A DNA stretch of 64,000 nucleotides from Alkalispirochaeta sp. GTDB lineage: Bacteria > Spirochaetota > Spirochaetia > DSM-27196 > Alkalispirochaetaceae. The position numbers and the translations under genes were made by a program. Below the pieces are notes generated by a model that saw nothing but the letters and a program-made list of their open reading frames with translations, had not been told where the DNA came from and made no database searches. The DNA lies in the NCBI GenBank assembly GCA_965601925.1, contig OZ271854.1:992001-1056000 (forward strand). The letters are read 5' to 3'. This document shows positions 46,723 to 56,774 of the stretch, in pieces (the stretch's first letter is position 1; each line of letters starts with the position of its first letter).

Positions 46723-48850
46723 GTACAAGCTCCATTACGTATTCCGGCGTCACGGGAATGCGATGCACCGGGAGATCGAGCGCCTTTTGTATTGCCGCGG
46801 CGTAGGCCGGAGCCAGACCGTCAAACACTACCTCGCCGGCGCCCTTTGCACCGAAGGGACCGTACTCGTAGGGATTGTCGAACAGTTTGGAGGCTATCGG
46901 CGGGAAATCCAACGAGGTCGGTATCATATAGTCCGCCATGGTCGCCTGCCGGTACCGCCCGTCGACGAGCTCCAGCTTTTCGAGACTCGCATACCCGAGC
47001 CCTTGGCTCGCGCCCCCTTCGATCTGGCCGCGTACCACTTTGTCATCGATCGCGCGTCCCACGTCGTAAGCGGTCCACACTCCCCGGACCGTCACCTCGT
47101 AGGTATACCGATCTACCTCGACCTCCACGGCATTAACTCCCCAGGAATAGGAAGGGTATGCATCGCCCTGATAGGTCTCCGCATCCCACTCCAAACCGCT
47201 CGGATGGCGGTAGCCCTGGTGTACCTCGAACTCTCCCGGCTCGTCCAACCTACCTTTGAGCTTCTTCGCCGCCTCCTGCAGGAGATATCCGACGATTCCC
47301 ACCGATCGAGAAGCACAGGTGGGACCGGAGTCCGGTACTTTTGAGGTGTCCGATTCGTGATAGAGCACCTCGGAAACGGGTATCTCCAATACCTCCGCCA
47401 CGATCTTTCGCAGCGTGGTGAGGGCGCCCTGCCCGATCTCCACGATAGAGGCCTTGATTTCGGGACGGCCGTCGGCGCGCTTCTTGATGGTGACCCGAGA
47501 TTTGATGATGTCCCGCTCGCCGCTTCCGGTAAAGGCGCTCCCGTGCTTAAAGAGGGAGATACCGATACCGCGCCAGTTCCCTCGGCCGAACTCGCGGTCC
47601 TTGCGACGGTAATCGCTCTCGGTCATCACATGCTCCAACATTTCCGGAAGCTTCACCACCTCTCTGATGCGCCCGTTGGTGACGGTAACCGATCCCTCCT
47701 GCAGAAGCATACGACGTCGGAACTCGACCTCGTCGACGCCGAGATCTCGCGCGATGTGCGTCATGAGAGTCTCCGCGGCGAAGAGCGCTTGGGGCGCGCC
47801 GAAGCCGCGGAATGCGTCGTTCGGGACGGTGTTGGTGCACAACGCGCGCCCGCGAATGCGAACGTTCGGGATGTCGTATACGCCGGCTGCCGAAAACATC
47901 GCCCGCTGCAGAACCACCCCGGAGCCGCTCTGGTAGGCGCCGGCGTTGATCATGAGATCCGCGTCCAAGGCGACGACGCGATCGTTCCCGTCCACGGCGA
48001 CGCGGTAACGCGTCCTTGAGGGGTGTCGTTTCGTGGAGTATAGGAGATCTTCCCCACGCTCCATGATGAAACGCACCGGTGAGCGTACGACGAGCGACGC
48101 CACGGTCATCGCCGCCGCGAGGACATCGGGAAAGTGCTCCTTGCCGCCGAATCCGCCGCCGGTGACGCACTGCTTCACGGTGACCTCGTCCGGCGAGCAT
48201 CCCAAGGCACCGGCCACGCCCTTTCTCACGTAGAAGGGACATTGCGTGGATATATAAATGGTCGGCCGCCCGTTCTCGACGGTCGCAACGACCCCTTGGG
48301 GTTCCATGTAGACGTGCTCTTGGTACCCGGTCTGAAACTCGCTCTCAAAGACGCGCTCGGCGCGGGCAAACGCAGCGTCGGGATCGCCCTTGACGATCGT
48401 GTGATCCGAAAAGAGATTGTCGTCGCCGTGAATCGGTCCTCCGACACACGCCAGCGCGTCGAGATCGGTGAAAGCCGGCGTCTCCTCCTCTATGTCGAGG
48501 GAAAAAGAGTCCAGGAGCTCTTCGAGGTGGGTGGCATCGGGTCCCACGAGGAGCCCCACCGGCTCGCCGAGATATCGTACCGTGTCCTCGGCGAAGACCC
48601 GCCAGTCCGACGTTATCATGGGGACGACGTTCTTGCCGCCTTCCGGAATGTCGTCGGCCGTAACGAAAGTATACCCGCGGGGAAGGTCCGGGACGGTAAT
48701 CCGACGGATCGTTCCGCGAGGAACGGGAGATCGAAGGAAACGGGCGGACAGCGCACCGTCGAACCGATGGTCGGCAATGTACGCGGCCTCTCCCCGAGAT
48801 TTTGAACGGGCGTCTACCCGTTCTACCGAGCGGCTTATCGTGGAGCTCAT
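46646..48850 (-). CDS. xdhA: Xanthine dehydrogenase family molybdopterin-binding subunit
   Basis: QEHVYMEP, GGGFGGK, AFRGFG, SGPTCASR, GQIEGG, GAKGAGE; GGAGG RBS. Confidence 0.88.
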   Translation of the reverse strand: MSSTISRSVERVDARSKSRGEAAYIADHRFDGALSARFLRSPVPRGTIRRITVPDLPRGYTFVTADDIPEGGKNVVPMITSDWRVFAEDTVRYLGEPVGLLVGPDATHLEELLDSFSLDIEEETPAFTDLDALACVGGPIHGDDNLFSDHTIVKGDPDAAFARAERVFESEFQTGYQEHVYMEPQGVVATVENGRPTIYISTQCPFYVRKGVAGALGCSPDEVTVKQCVTGGGFGGKEHFPDVLAAAMTVASLVVRSPVRFIMERGEDLLYSTKRHPSRTRYRVAVDGNDRVVALDADLMINAGAYQSGSGVVLQRAMFSAAGVYDIPNVRIRGRALCTNTVPNDAFRGFGAPQALFAAETLMTHIARDLGVDEVEFRRRMLLQEGSVTVTNGRIREVVKLPEMLEHVMTESDYRRKDREFGRGNWRGIGISLFKHGSAFTGSGERDIIKSRVTIKKRADGRPEIKASIVEIGQGALTTLRKIVAEVLEIPVSEVLYHESDTSKVPDSGPTCASRSVGIVGYLLQEAAKKLKGRLDEPGEFEVHQGYRHPSGLEWDAETYQGDAYPSYSWGVNAVEVEVDRYTYEVTVRGVWTAYDVGRAIDDKVVRGQIEGGASQGLGYASLEKLELVDGRYRQATMADYMIPTSLDFPPIASKLFDNPYEYGPFGAKGAGEVVFDGLAPAYAAAIQKALDLPVHRIPVTPEYVMELVHGKRDTVSGKWARSIGHGQPAQAAP

Positions 48851-48906
48851 AGGCGCCTCCTGTGCATATGCACCTATACTGACACTACTCCCGGTGATGT
48901 GCGCTG

Positions 48907-51744
48907 TCAACGCTCGATACCTATCGGGAGTCGCGAGGGATACGAACCGACCGCGTCGGCAATGGCATTCGCGACAGCGGGCGCCGTCGGATTCAGGGGA
49001 ACCTCTCCAAGGCCCTTCGCTCCCCGGGGACCGTCGACGTGATCGACCTCGACGATGTGGGACACAACCTCGGGCATATCGGTGATGCGAACGATTCCGA
49101 GCTGTCTCAGAGAGACCGGACCGATACCGCGGTCGTCGACGGCGTAGGACTCGTGGAGGGCGTATCCCAGGCCCATCATGACGCCGCCCTCGATCTGACC
49201 CAGTATGTTTTGTCGGTGGAGCGCCTTTCCGGCATCTTGAGCGGCGATGATGGAAAGCACCTCGACCGCCCCGGTCTCTACGTCCACCTCGACGATAGCG
49301 GCCTGAGAGGCGAAGCAGTAGCCGAAGTGTATCGCGAACTCCTCCTCACTGACACCGGCGCGGTGGTCGGCGTAGCGTTGTAACGGATAGGTCTTGGGCG
49401 CGTCGTACCAGAGCTCCTCTCGAATCGGACCGCCGGCTCGCTCTACGGTGGCCGCAAAGAGTGCTCGATCGACCACGGCATCGCCGGTGGGCGCACTCCC
49501 GCCGAAGACGCGGTTTTTGAGCGCCCGAGCCGCGGCGACGACGGCGTTCCCCGTTACGAAGGTCTGCCGGGAGGCGGTGGTCATACCGCCGTCGGGGCAG
49601 CGGGCCGTGTCCGAGGAGACGACGTGTACGATGTCGTATGCGCAGCCCAACTCGTCGGCGGCGAGCTGGGCGAATACGGTGTCCGATCCCTGCCCCATAT
49701 CGGTCGCACCGACATATATCGTTACCGCGCCGTCGGCGGCGATCTCCACGGTCGCCCCCGCGCCGTCGGGCACTCCTTTTCCGAGGCCGACGTTCTTGTA
49801 CGAGCTCGCCACTCCGACACCGAGGCGATATCGCCCGCCCGTCGCTCCGTCGGAAACGTCGGCCCGATCGGTGAACTCGGCGCCCCGAAGCGCTTTCCGT
49901 TCTCGGCGCACACGCGGCACCGTCTCCGCAAGCTCCCGCTCTACGGCGTCCAAGGTTTCGAGATAGCCGACGCCGGTTGATACGCGGTGGCCGAAGGCGT
50001 TGACTCGCCCGGGAGCAAGACCGTGGCGCCGACGGAGCTCTATGGGGTCCACTCCGGCGGCTCGGGCGATGCGATCCATTTGAATCTCGACGGCGTAGGT
50101 GACCTGGGTGCTCCCGAAGCCGCGAAAGGCGCCGGAGGGATTTTTGGTCGTGTACACGCCCCACGCTTCCGCGTGGACGTTGGGGATCTCGTAGGGGCCG
50201 GAGGCCATAACCGTGGCCCGAAAGACGACCGGCTGGGTGAGGGACATGTACGCCCCGGCGTCGCAAATCGCCTCGCTCTTACACGCAATAACCGTACCGT
50301 CCGCCTTGGCGCCGTGCTTCATACGGACCTTGGAGGCGTGACGCTTGGTACTGATGCGGATCGACTCCTCGCGGTTGAGGCGCATCTTGGCGGGACGTCC
50401 GGTTTTGAGCGCCGCCAAGGCGCAGTGGATCTGCACCGTCGGCTCTTCTTTGCCGCCGAACCCGCCGCCGCAGGGGGTGTAAACCACCCGAACACGATTC
50501 TCCGACACGTCAAGGCTCTTGGCGATCATCTCACGGAACCGGAAAGAGCCTTGGTTGTGAGTATAGACCGTAAGGCCCGCCGCCCCGGCGGTTCCGTCGT
50601 CAGGTACGGCCAGACACGCCTCGGGCTCCAGATATCCGTGCTCCACCGACGGCGTCTCGTACTCCCCCTCGATCACGATATCGGCTTCCCGAAACGCCTC
50701 ATCGGGGTCACCTTTGGTGAAGACGTAGTGCTCCGCCACGTTGCCGCCCTCGTGGAGCGTCTGGGCGTCCGCGGCCATATTCGCCTCCGCGTCCATGGCC
50801 GGCGCCAGGGTTTCCCAACGCGCCGAGATCGCCTCTGCGCCACGACGCGCCGCCTCTTCGCTTTCGGCAAAGACCGCGGCGACGACCTCGCCGCGATAGC
50901 GCACGATACCGTCGGCGAAGACCGGTTGGTGCGGCACCATGAGACCGAAACCGTTCCGTCCCGGTAGATCGGCGGCCGTCAGTACACATGCCACGCCGTC
51001 CATCGCACCGGCCGCGGAGGTATCGACGGAAAGAAGCCGGGCGTGTGGATGGTCGGCAAAGCGAAAGGCGCCGTAGAGCTGGCCCGGCGCGGCAAAATCG
51101 TCGGCAAAGATGCGTTCCCCCTGCACCTTCGCCGGCGCGTCCTTGCGAATCGGACTAAAGCCGGGGCGGGCGGCATCGGTAGAGAGATGATCTCCCCGCT
51201 CTATCGCGTGAGCGAGGTACGTTCCCTTCCCGGGAGGCGTAGCCGGTACCTCATCGACGCCTTTCCGCGCGCCTCGATCGGAGAGCGAATCCTCCGCCAA
51301 CTCCCTAACTGCACGAATAAAGGGTAGGTAGCCGGTGCAGCGACAGAGATTGCCCTTGAGCGCCTTTCGTATCGCGGCGTCGGAGGGTGACGGGTCGGAG
51401 TCGAGGAGCGCCTTGGTCGCCATAACCATACCGGGAGTGCAAAATCCGCACTGAATCGCCCCGTGACGAACAAACGCGTCTTGGATGGGGTGGAGCGATC
51501 CGCCGGCGGAAAGCCCTTCGATCGTCGTAACCGTTGCCCCGTGAAGCCGCGAAAGGAGCTGGGTACAGGCCCTACGGGCCTTGCCGTCCACGAGGACCGT
51601 ACAGGTGCCGCACTCTCCGGTGCCGCACCCGTTTTTTGTTCCAACCAGATCGAGATCGTGGCGCAGAAAGGCGAGGAGCGTTCGCTCACCCGGTCTCGCC
51701 ACGGTGTGTTCGGTTCCGTTTACCGTCAAAGTAACCTCTGCCAC
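48907..51744 (-). CDS. Fused [2Fe-2S]/molybdopterin hydroxylase (XdhAC or selenium-dependent xanthine dehydrogenase-like)
   Basis: N-terminal [20 protein letters not shown]; then [30 protein letters not shown]. Confidence 0.88.
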   Translation of the reverse strand: MAEVTLTVNGTEHTVARPGERTLLAFLRHDLDLVGTKNGCGTGECGTCTVLVDGKARRACTQLLSRLHGATVTTIEGLSAGGSLHPIQDAFVRHGAIQCGFCTPGMVMATKALLDSDPSPSDAAIRKALKGNLCRCTGYLPFIRAVRELAEDSLSDRGARKGVDEVPATPPGKGTYLAHAIERGDHLSTDAARPGFSPIRKDAPAKVQGERIFADDFAAPGQLYGAFRFADHPHARLLSVDTSAAGAMDGVACVLTAADLPGRNGFGLMVPHQPVFADGIVRYRGEVVAAVFAESEEAARRGAEAISARWETLAPAMDAEANMAADAQTLHEGGNVAEHYVFTKGDPDEAFREADIVIEGEYETPSVEHGYLEPEACLAVPDDGTAGAAGLTVYTHNQGSFRFREMIAKSLDVSENRVRVVYTPCGGGFGGKEEPTVQIHCALAALKTGRPAKMRLNREESIRISTKRHASKVRMKHGAKADGTVIACKSEAICDAGAYMSLTQPVVFRATVMASGPYEIPNVHAEAWGVYTTKNPSGAFRGFGSTQVTYAVEIQMDRIARAAGVDPIELRRRHGLAPGRVNAFGHRVSTGVGYLETLDAVERELAETVPRVRRERKALRGAEFTDRADVSDGATGGRYRLGVGVASSYKNVGLGKGVPDGAGATVEIAADGAVTIYVGATDMGQGSDTVFAQLAADELGCAYDIVHVVSSDTARCPDGGMTTASRQTFVTGNAVVAAARALKNRVFGGSAPTGDAVVDRALFAATVERAGGPIREELWYDAPKTYPLQRYADHRAGVSEEEFAIHFGYCFASQAAIVEVDVETGAVEVLSIIAAQDAGKALHRQNILGQIEGGVMMGLGYALHESYAVDDRGIGPVSLRQLGIVRITDMPEVVSHIVEVDHVDGPRGAKGLGEVPLNPTAPAVANAIADAVGSYPSRLPIGIER

Positions 51745-52076
51745 GTCTTACCTCGTCCTTTCGTGTCGTATGGTGCGTCTACCGTCTTGCACGTTGATGG
51801 TCCTCGGCTCGGGACGCGTGGTCCGAAGCATCGAAGGCGAGGTACCGCGACCGCGTCTCGCCGATCACCTCTTCGTAACCCGCGACCATCTGTGCCGCGC
51901 GCCCGCTCCGAGATGCACGATGTGGAGATCGCCGCTCACAATCGGCACCGTTTCGCGCGCCGTCATCACCGGGAGGACCTCCACCGACTCGGGTCGCGAC
52001 TCGTAAAACGTTCTCGGGTCGTCGCCCTCGCTCCGCATTATCATAAACAGCCGGCCCTCTGTTGTGGTGTTGCGCA

Positions 52077-52114
52077 ATTATCAACCCGATTTCAACGCAA
52101 TGCAAGGAAAAGGT
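52077..52114 (-). promoter_or_regulatory. Putative xdh promoter TTGCAT-17-GATAAT preceded by ACCTTTTCC
   Basis: Consensus spacing; the same 13-mer is at the ade promoter. Confidence 0.45.
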
Positions 52115-52192
52115 CACGCCGCACACTCCGTTCTGCAGGAGGCCCCGCACCATAAAAATCGTACCGTCGCGTCGAAATCCGCCGTACACCGG

Positions 52193-52819
52193 TCACCGCG
52201 GCACGTCGGCCTGCCGCGCATTGTAAATGGCGCCGCCCGTCTCCCGATACGCAAGCAGCACGCGTCGCCCCTCGTCGCGCAACAGGTCGCGCCGCACCGC
52301 TATACCGCGATCGGCGAGCTCGTGCGGCCATCGCTCCGGCTTGGGACCCTCATCAAAACCGATCTCCCGAGCGTCTTCGTCACGGGCGGAACAGACGAGG
52401 CGGCGGACGCCGGTCCAGAGCGTCGCGCCGAGACACATGGAGCACGGCTCGGTAGAGGTAAAGAGCTCGCACCGCGGCATCCCGTCACCGCCGAGATCGT
52501 GGGTTCCCATACGCTGTTGGGCGACGGCGAAGGCGACGATCTCGGCGTGGGCCCCGGACCATCGGCTCGGCACGACCATGTTAATCCCCGGGGCGATAAG
52601 GAGATTGCGGTCCGCGTCGAATACCGCAGCGCCGAACGGTCCGCCGCCGTTTCGACGAGTGTTCTCTTCGGCGAGTGTGAGCACCAAACGCATCTTTTCC
52701 TCGTCGGTGCGATAGACGTGGCCCTCCGGTGGAATGAGGTCGCAGACCCAATCCGGCAAGGCGATGGCGAGCTCCGGAAAACGTGGATCGGTCGTATCGG
52801 TGTGAGTAGTCTCTCTCAT
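52193..52819 (-). CDS. Cytidine-deaminase-fold nucleobase deaminase (possible guanine deaminase)
   Basis: GGPFGAAV, HAE, EPCSMC zinc motifs, GFDEG. Confidence 0.85.
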   Translation of the reverse strand: MRETTHTDTTDPRFPELAIALPDWVCDLIPPEGHVYRTDEEKMRLVLTLAEENTRRNGGGPFGAAVFDADRNLLIAPGINMVVPSRWSGAHAEIVAFAVAQQRMGTHDLGGDGMPRCELFTSTEPCSMCLGATLWTGVRRLVCSARDEDAREIGFDEGPKPERWPHELADRGIAVRRDLLRDEGRRVLLAYRETGGAIYNARQADVPR

Positions 52820-53045
52820 GCTCTGTCCTCGCTGTGGATAATATCCTAGTACCTTGCCGGAATACGCGCAAGTGAATGCGACGGATAGGCACGGTCGACC
52901 CAGATCGGTGTGTCGAGGAGGAGCATTGCGACAATACCTCGCCGTCACACCGTGGCGGATGTACTCGGAGCGAGGGGGAGGTGATCGGTCGTCTCCGACG
53001 GCTCACGCCGAGCGGTTACCGAACGACTGCGCGAACTGCGGCCGT

Positions 53046-53555
53046 TCAACCGCGATGTACCCACTCAAGCTCGTTACCGGTTTGCATCTGCACCCTCAGA
53101 CCCAACTGCGCGGCGTGGTGCTGAATATGGCGGGTAACGTACACGTACAGTTCGGCGCGGGTGAACTCCTTTCCCGCAAAGCCGGACGGACCGAAAAGCG
53201 TCTTTTCGGTATCGGAACCGATCACCGCCTCGGCCTTCTCGACGCAGAAATCGAGATAGCGGGCGCACAGCGCGCGGTCATATAGATTGACGGGGGCGTT
53301 CCACTCGAGTTCCTCGTAGTCTTGAAAGAGCGCGGGATGCGCCCGGTGAAAGGACTGTTCCTTGAATCCGGCACCATCCACCTGCAGATAGTAGTCGGTG
53401 AAGAAAAGCGTGTGAAACACCACTTGTGAAAACGGATAATCGCGGTGCGCCTCGTGCCAGTCTTCGCTCGGGCAGCCGACGATACATTGAGACATCGTTG
53501 CCAACGCGGCCTTCATTTGAGCGAGAATCAGAACCTTGTACTCGTCGACGATCAT
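53046..53555 (-). CDS. DinB family protein
   Basis: FSQVVFHTLFFTDYYL and RHIQHHAAQL metal-binding His pattern. Confidence 0.8.
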   Translation of the reverse strand: MIVDEYKVLILAQMKAALATMSQCIVGCPSEDWHEAHRDYPFSQVVFHTLFFTDYYLQVDGAGFKEQSFHRAHPALFQDYEELEWNAPVNLYDRALCARYLDFCVEKAEAVIGSDTEKTLFGPSGFAGKEFTRAELYVYVTRHIQHHAAQLGLRVQMQTGNELEWVHRG

Positions 53556-54249
53556 AGGTGTTTAGTGTACACCGACGGGAGTCGGACGGTGTGTTGTGGG
53601 GCGAGATATCCCATAACGGTGGATATTTTGAGCCCGGCGTCCCGCAACTTGTGCAGCACCTCGGTCTCCAACGTCGTTCGCGATACCGCCCTGGTCGCGC
53701 ACGCGACACTAATCGAGGCGACACACTGTGCATCGTGGTTGAGGATCGGTACGGCGACGGCGTGCATTCCCACGACGTGTTCCTGGAGATTCAAGGCGTA
53801 CCCCCGGCTCTTCACAACACGCAAATCGCGCGACAACGCCTCCTTATCGGTGATGGTATGCTCGGTAACGCGTCGCATCGAAAGACCCGTTACGATATGT
53901 TCGAGCGAGGCGTGATCGAGATGAGCCAAGAGTACGTTTCCCGCCGCGGTAGAATGGACATCGGTCTTCACGCCGACGAAGCATGAACATCGCACGGCAC
54001 GCCGAGATATGAGAGCCCGACTTCTACGAGGCCCAACCCGATATCGTACTTTCTGGTGTCCGCGTCCTTCTGGAGGAACTTCAGAGTCGTCAACGTCTTC
54101 ACGTGGTGGTATAGAGACGATTTATTGAAGCCCATCGCCTCCGCGATCTCTTTTATGCTCAAGGGGCGTTTCGCCCGCTGCATCGTCTGTACGATCTCGA
54201 CGGCTTTGCCGATCGTATTCAATTTCAGCGCTCGTTCCACGACGATCAT
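53552..54249 (-). pseudogene. IclR family regulator split by frameshift and internal deletion
   Basis: HTH (LSIKEIAEAMGFNKSSLYHHVKTL..YDIG) stops at 53968; effector domain (HSTAAGNVLLA..RGYA..E..AVAVPI) is in another frame; the middle segment is missing. Confidence 0.8.
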
Positions 54250-54347
54250 TCCATAGTGCAAAATGCGGATCGAGGGCAAGGACCACGCCGGCGCGTGCCG
54301 GCTGCGTACCGACGGATCGCGTTCACGGTGTGATATGCTTCCATACC

Positions 54348-54752
54348 ATGAAACGTCCGGTACTCGTCGTCGTGTCGATGCTGTGCTACGCAAATCTCGT
54401 GGCGACACCCGCGGATAGCGGTTGCACCTATACGTTTTTCTCCGACGGTGGAACGGCAAGCTCGCGCTGTACCGACGAGACCGGAGTCGAGGCTACGGTG
54501 CGCGTCTATAACCGAGACGGCGAGATCATCGGCGAATGGGGCTTGTTGCGCCGTCCGCGGGCCTCGAACATCGATATGGCGTTTCACCCCGACGGCATGG
54601 TCCGTCGCGTTCGATACACGTGGCAGCCCGACGGCGGGATTCAATGGTACCGCAGCACGACCATCTACGATTCAGACGGAACCATCATCGACTTTCAGGA
54701 GCAGTCGCACGATACGTTCGATCGAATCCGTGCGATCGATCCGTTCGGGTAG
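54348..54752 (+). CDS. Hypothetical secreted beta-rich protein
   Basis: Signal peptide; repeated (F/Y)xxDG beta-hairpin units. Confidence 0.6.
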   Translation: MKRPVLVVVSMLCYANLVATPADSGCTYTFFSDGGTASSRCTDETGVEATVRVYNRDGEIIGEWGLLRRPRASNIDMAFHPDGMVRRVRYTWQPDGGIQWYRSTTIYDSDGTIIDFQEQSHDTFDRIRAIDPFG

Positions 54753-54865
54753 CACGGAGTCGGTACGGGATCCCTCCGCCTGCCGTATCACACGGCGAAT
54801 CGCGACCTCCAGCTTTTACTTGTCCGGACCGATCACTTTTTTTATCCTTTCGGTGGAAACGAACG

Positions 54866-55588
54866 ATGAATATACAAAACTTATTGAACCAATTCGTCGG
54901 CACGGGCGAGACGGGTTCACCATCATCCACGTCGGGCCGAAGTGTGCGCGACACGATCGGCAATGTAACGAGCCAGATTCCCGGCGGAGTCGCGGGCGGT
55001 GCGGCCGCCGGTGGTATTATGGCGCTCATCGTGGGCAACAAGTCGGCGCGTAAATTCGCCGGCAAAGCGGCGACGTACGGCGGTCTTGCCGTTCTGGGCG
55101 GTCTTGCATACAAAGGCTATCAAAACTGGAAGCACAATCAGACCGTCGAGAAGGCGCAAACCGCAACGGTGTCGGACATCGACGCACCCCACGAGGCGTA
55201 CATGCCCGACGCCGAAGCCGCGGGCCCGCCTCTCGAGCTTACCCTCATAAAGGCGATGATCGCCGCCGCTAAAGCGGACGGTCACATCGACGCGGACGAA
55301 CAGACGAGAATCTTCGATGCGGTGGAACGGATGAATCTGCCGGCGGATCAAAAGGGAATCGTCTTCGACTATCTTCGGAGCGACATCTCGGCCCGGGAGA
55401 TCGCCTCGGCGGTCACGAGCTTGGAGCACAAGTCCGAGGTCTACTTGGCATCGTGCTTGGCTATCGATCCCGACCACCCTCGGGAGCGCGCCTACCTGGA
55501 CGAGCTTGCCGCGGCACTCCATCTCCCCGAGGGGTTACAGGATCATCTGGAGGTTCAAGCGGCGAGAGGACTGTCCGGAATCGAATAG
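54866..55588 (+). CDS. DUF533/TerB-like (YebE family) membrane-associated protein
   Basis: GGLAVLGGLAYKGYQNW; AMIAAAKADGHID..E; EVYLAS; ERAYLDELA..L. Confidence 0.88.
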   Translation: MNIQNLLNQFVGTGETGSPSSTSGRSVRDTIGNVTSQIPGGVAGGAAAGGIMALIVGNKSARKFAGKAATYGGLAVLGGLAYKGYQNWKHNQTVEKAQTATVSDIDAPHEAYMPDAEAAGPPLELTLIKAMIAAAKADGHIDADEQTRIFDAVERMNLPADQKGIVFDYLRSDISAREIASAVTSLEHKSEVYLASCLAIDPDHPRERAYLDELAAALHLPEGLQDHLEVQAARGLSGIE

Positions 55589-55901
55589 ACGTGGCCGCAC
55601 CGGTTTCGGCCGGGACCATGGTCAAGAGCGGCTCGGTGTGTAGTGGATAACGGTACGCCGCACCGTCCGCCGAGCACACATCGCCCGACCTGTCTCCGAG
55701 TACGCGGACGGCGGTGACGGTCGAGACGAGCGGTCCGACGGTGGAGCAAACACTCCATGACGAAATAGCATTCTGACTCTTTAATAAATAAAAGATTATT
55801 GATAAAGAATTGACAGCGGAATGGTCTCGGCATACCCTGAAACATTGAAAGAGCCGGAATAGCCGGCACATACCTCACCACAATAGTAAGGAGTAGTCAC
55901 C

Positions 55902-56681
55902 ATGCGTACTTTTATGACCATCTTGGTGTCTGTCGTCGTCGTAGTAGCTCTCGCGAGTTGCGGAAGTGACGCCGCAGCACCGACCGGATTCGCTCCGGGC
56001 CAAAGTGTCGAGGCATATGCATACGTGCACGGCGGATACGTCGGCCAGGCCGTCGTTACCACCGATGCCGACGGCGCATTTGAGGTAACCGTCGACGAGG
56101 CGTTTCTTCCCCATTCATTAGCGATCGTCGACCTCGAGTCCGCCGATTGGAATGAGAATAACACTGTGAGCTATGTCGTACGCGGCGATACCGTGTACGT
56201 TGCGCGCCACATCGCCTACGCCGGTACCAATTATGTCGGCACGACGGTCGGCACGACGCTCGTGTACGTAGAGGCCGACGAGGCCGGTAATCCCGCGGGT
56301 AACACCGCACTGGAGATGATGATCATCCGTAATGAGGGGAACATGGCCGCGTGGTTTGCAAATGCCGCCGCGGGCGAATTTGAGATCTTTACCGAGTTCG
56401 GCGGCACCCCCATTCCCGTCACCACGACCCCGTACGGCGGAGTTACCAAACGAGGTTCGGAGTACTGGAACTTCGGCATCGGATGGCACGGCAACATCGA
56501 CGCAATCGGTGACGCGGCCGAGCAGTACGGCGTAGCGTTCACCGTCGATGAGATGACCCGCGGCGGCGACAACCAATGGCGCCTCGCAGACGCCACGACC
56601 GCCGCTACCGCGGTAGATTTCAGGGATTACTTCGGCCTTATTCAACGCGCCGTCGCGCGCTTAGAGATGACCACCGAGTGA
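55902..56681 (+). CDS. Lipoprotein with a C-terminal FMN-binding-like motif
   Basis: Lipobox LASC; AAGGAG RBS; W..NI.AI......DATTAAT..F..Y..LI..A C-terminal pattern. Confidence 0.7.
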   Translation: MRTFMTILVSVVVVVALASCGSDAAAPTGFAPGQSVEAYAYVHGGYVGQAVVTTDADGAFEVTVDEAFLPHSLAIVDLESADWNENNTVSYVVRGDTVYVARHIAYAGTNYVGTTVGTTLVYVEADEAGNPAGNTALEMMIIRNEGNMAAWFANAAAGEFEIFTEFGGTPIPVTTTPYGGVTKRGSEYWNFGIGWHGNIDAIGDAAEQYGVAFTVDEMTRGGDNQWRLADATTAATAVDFRDYFGLIQRAVARLEMTTE

Positions 56682-56729
56682 ATCCAACGTTGTGCGATCG
56701 CTATCGCACGAAACCGACGCAGACATGAC

Positions 56730-56758
56730 GAGCCGTCCGGTGATAAGCCGGGCGGCTC
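56730..56758. terminator. GC-rich hairpin between convergent genes
   Basis: GAGCCGTCCGG-TGATAAG-CCGGGCGGCTC; no U-tract. Confidence 0.45.
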
Positions 56759-56774
56759 TATGCACGCCGCCGGC

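Noticed and set aside
51865..52077. 70-aa ORF ending in TGA upstream of a Se-linked enzyme, considered as a selenoprotein
   Set aside because: Read-through sequence is not protein-like, with no redox motif and no recognisable bacterial SECIS
55780..55820. AT-rich tract as a Fur or FNR box
   Set aside because: TTGATAAAGAATTGACA fits neither dyad well; it may just be an UP element plus -35
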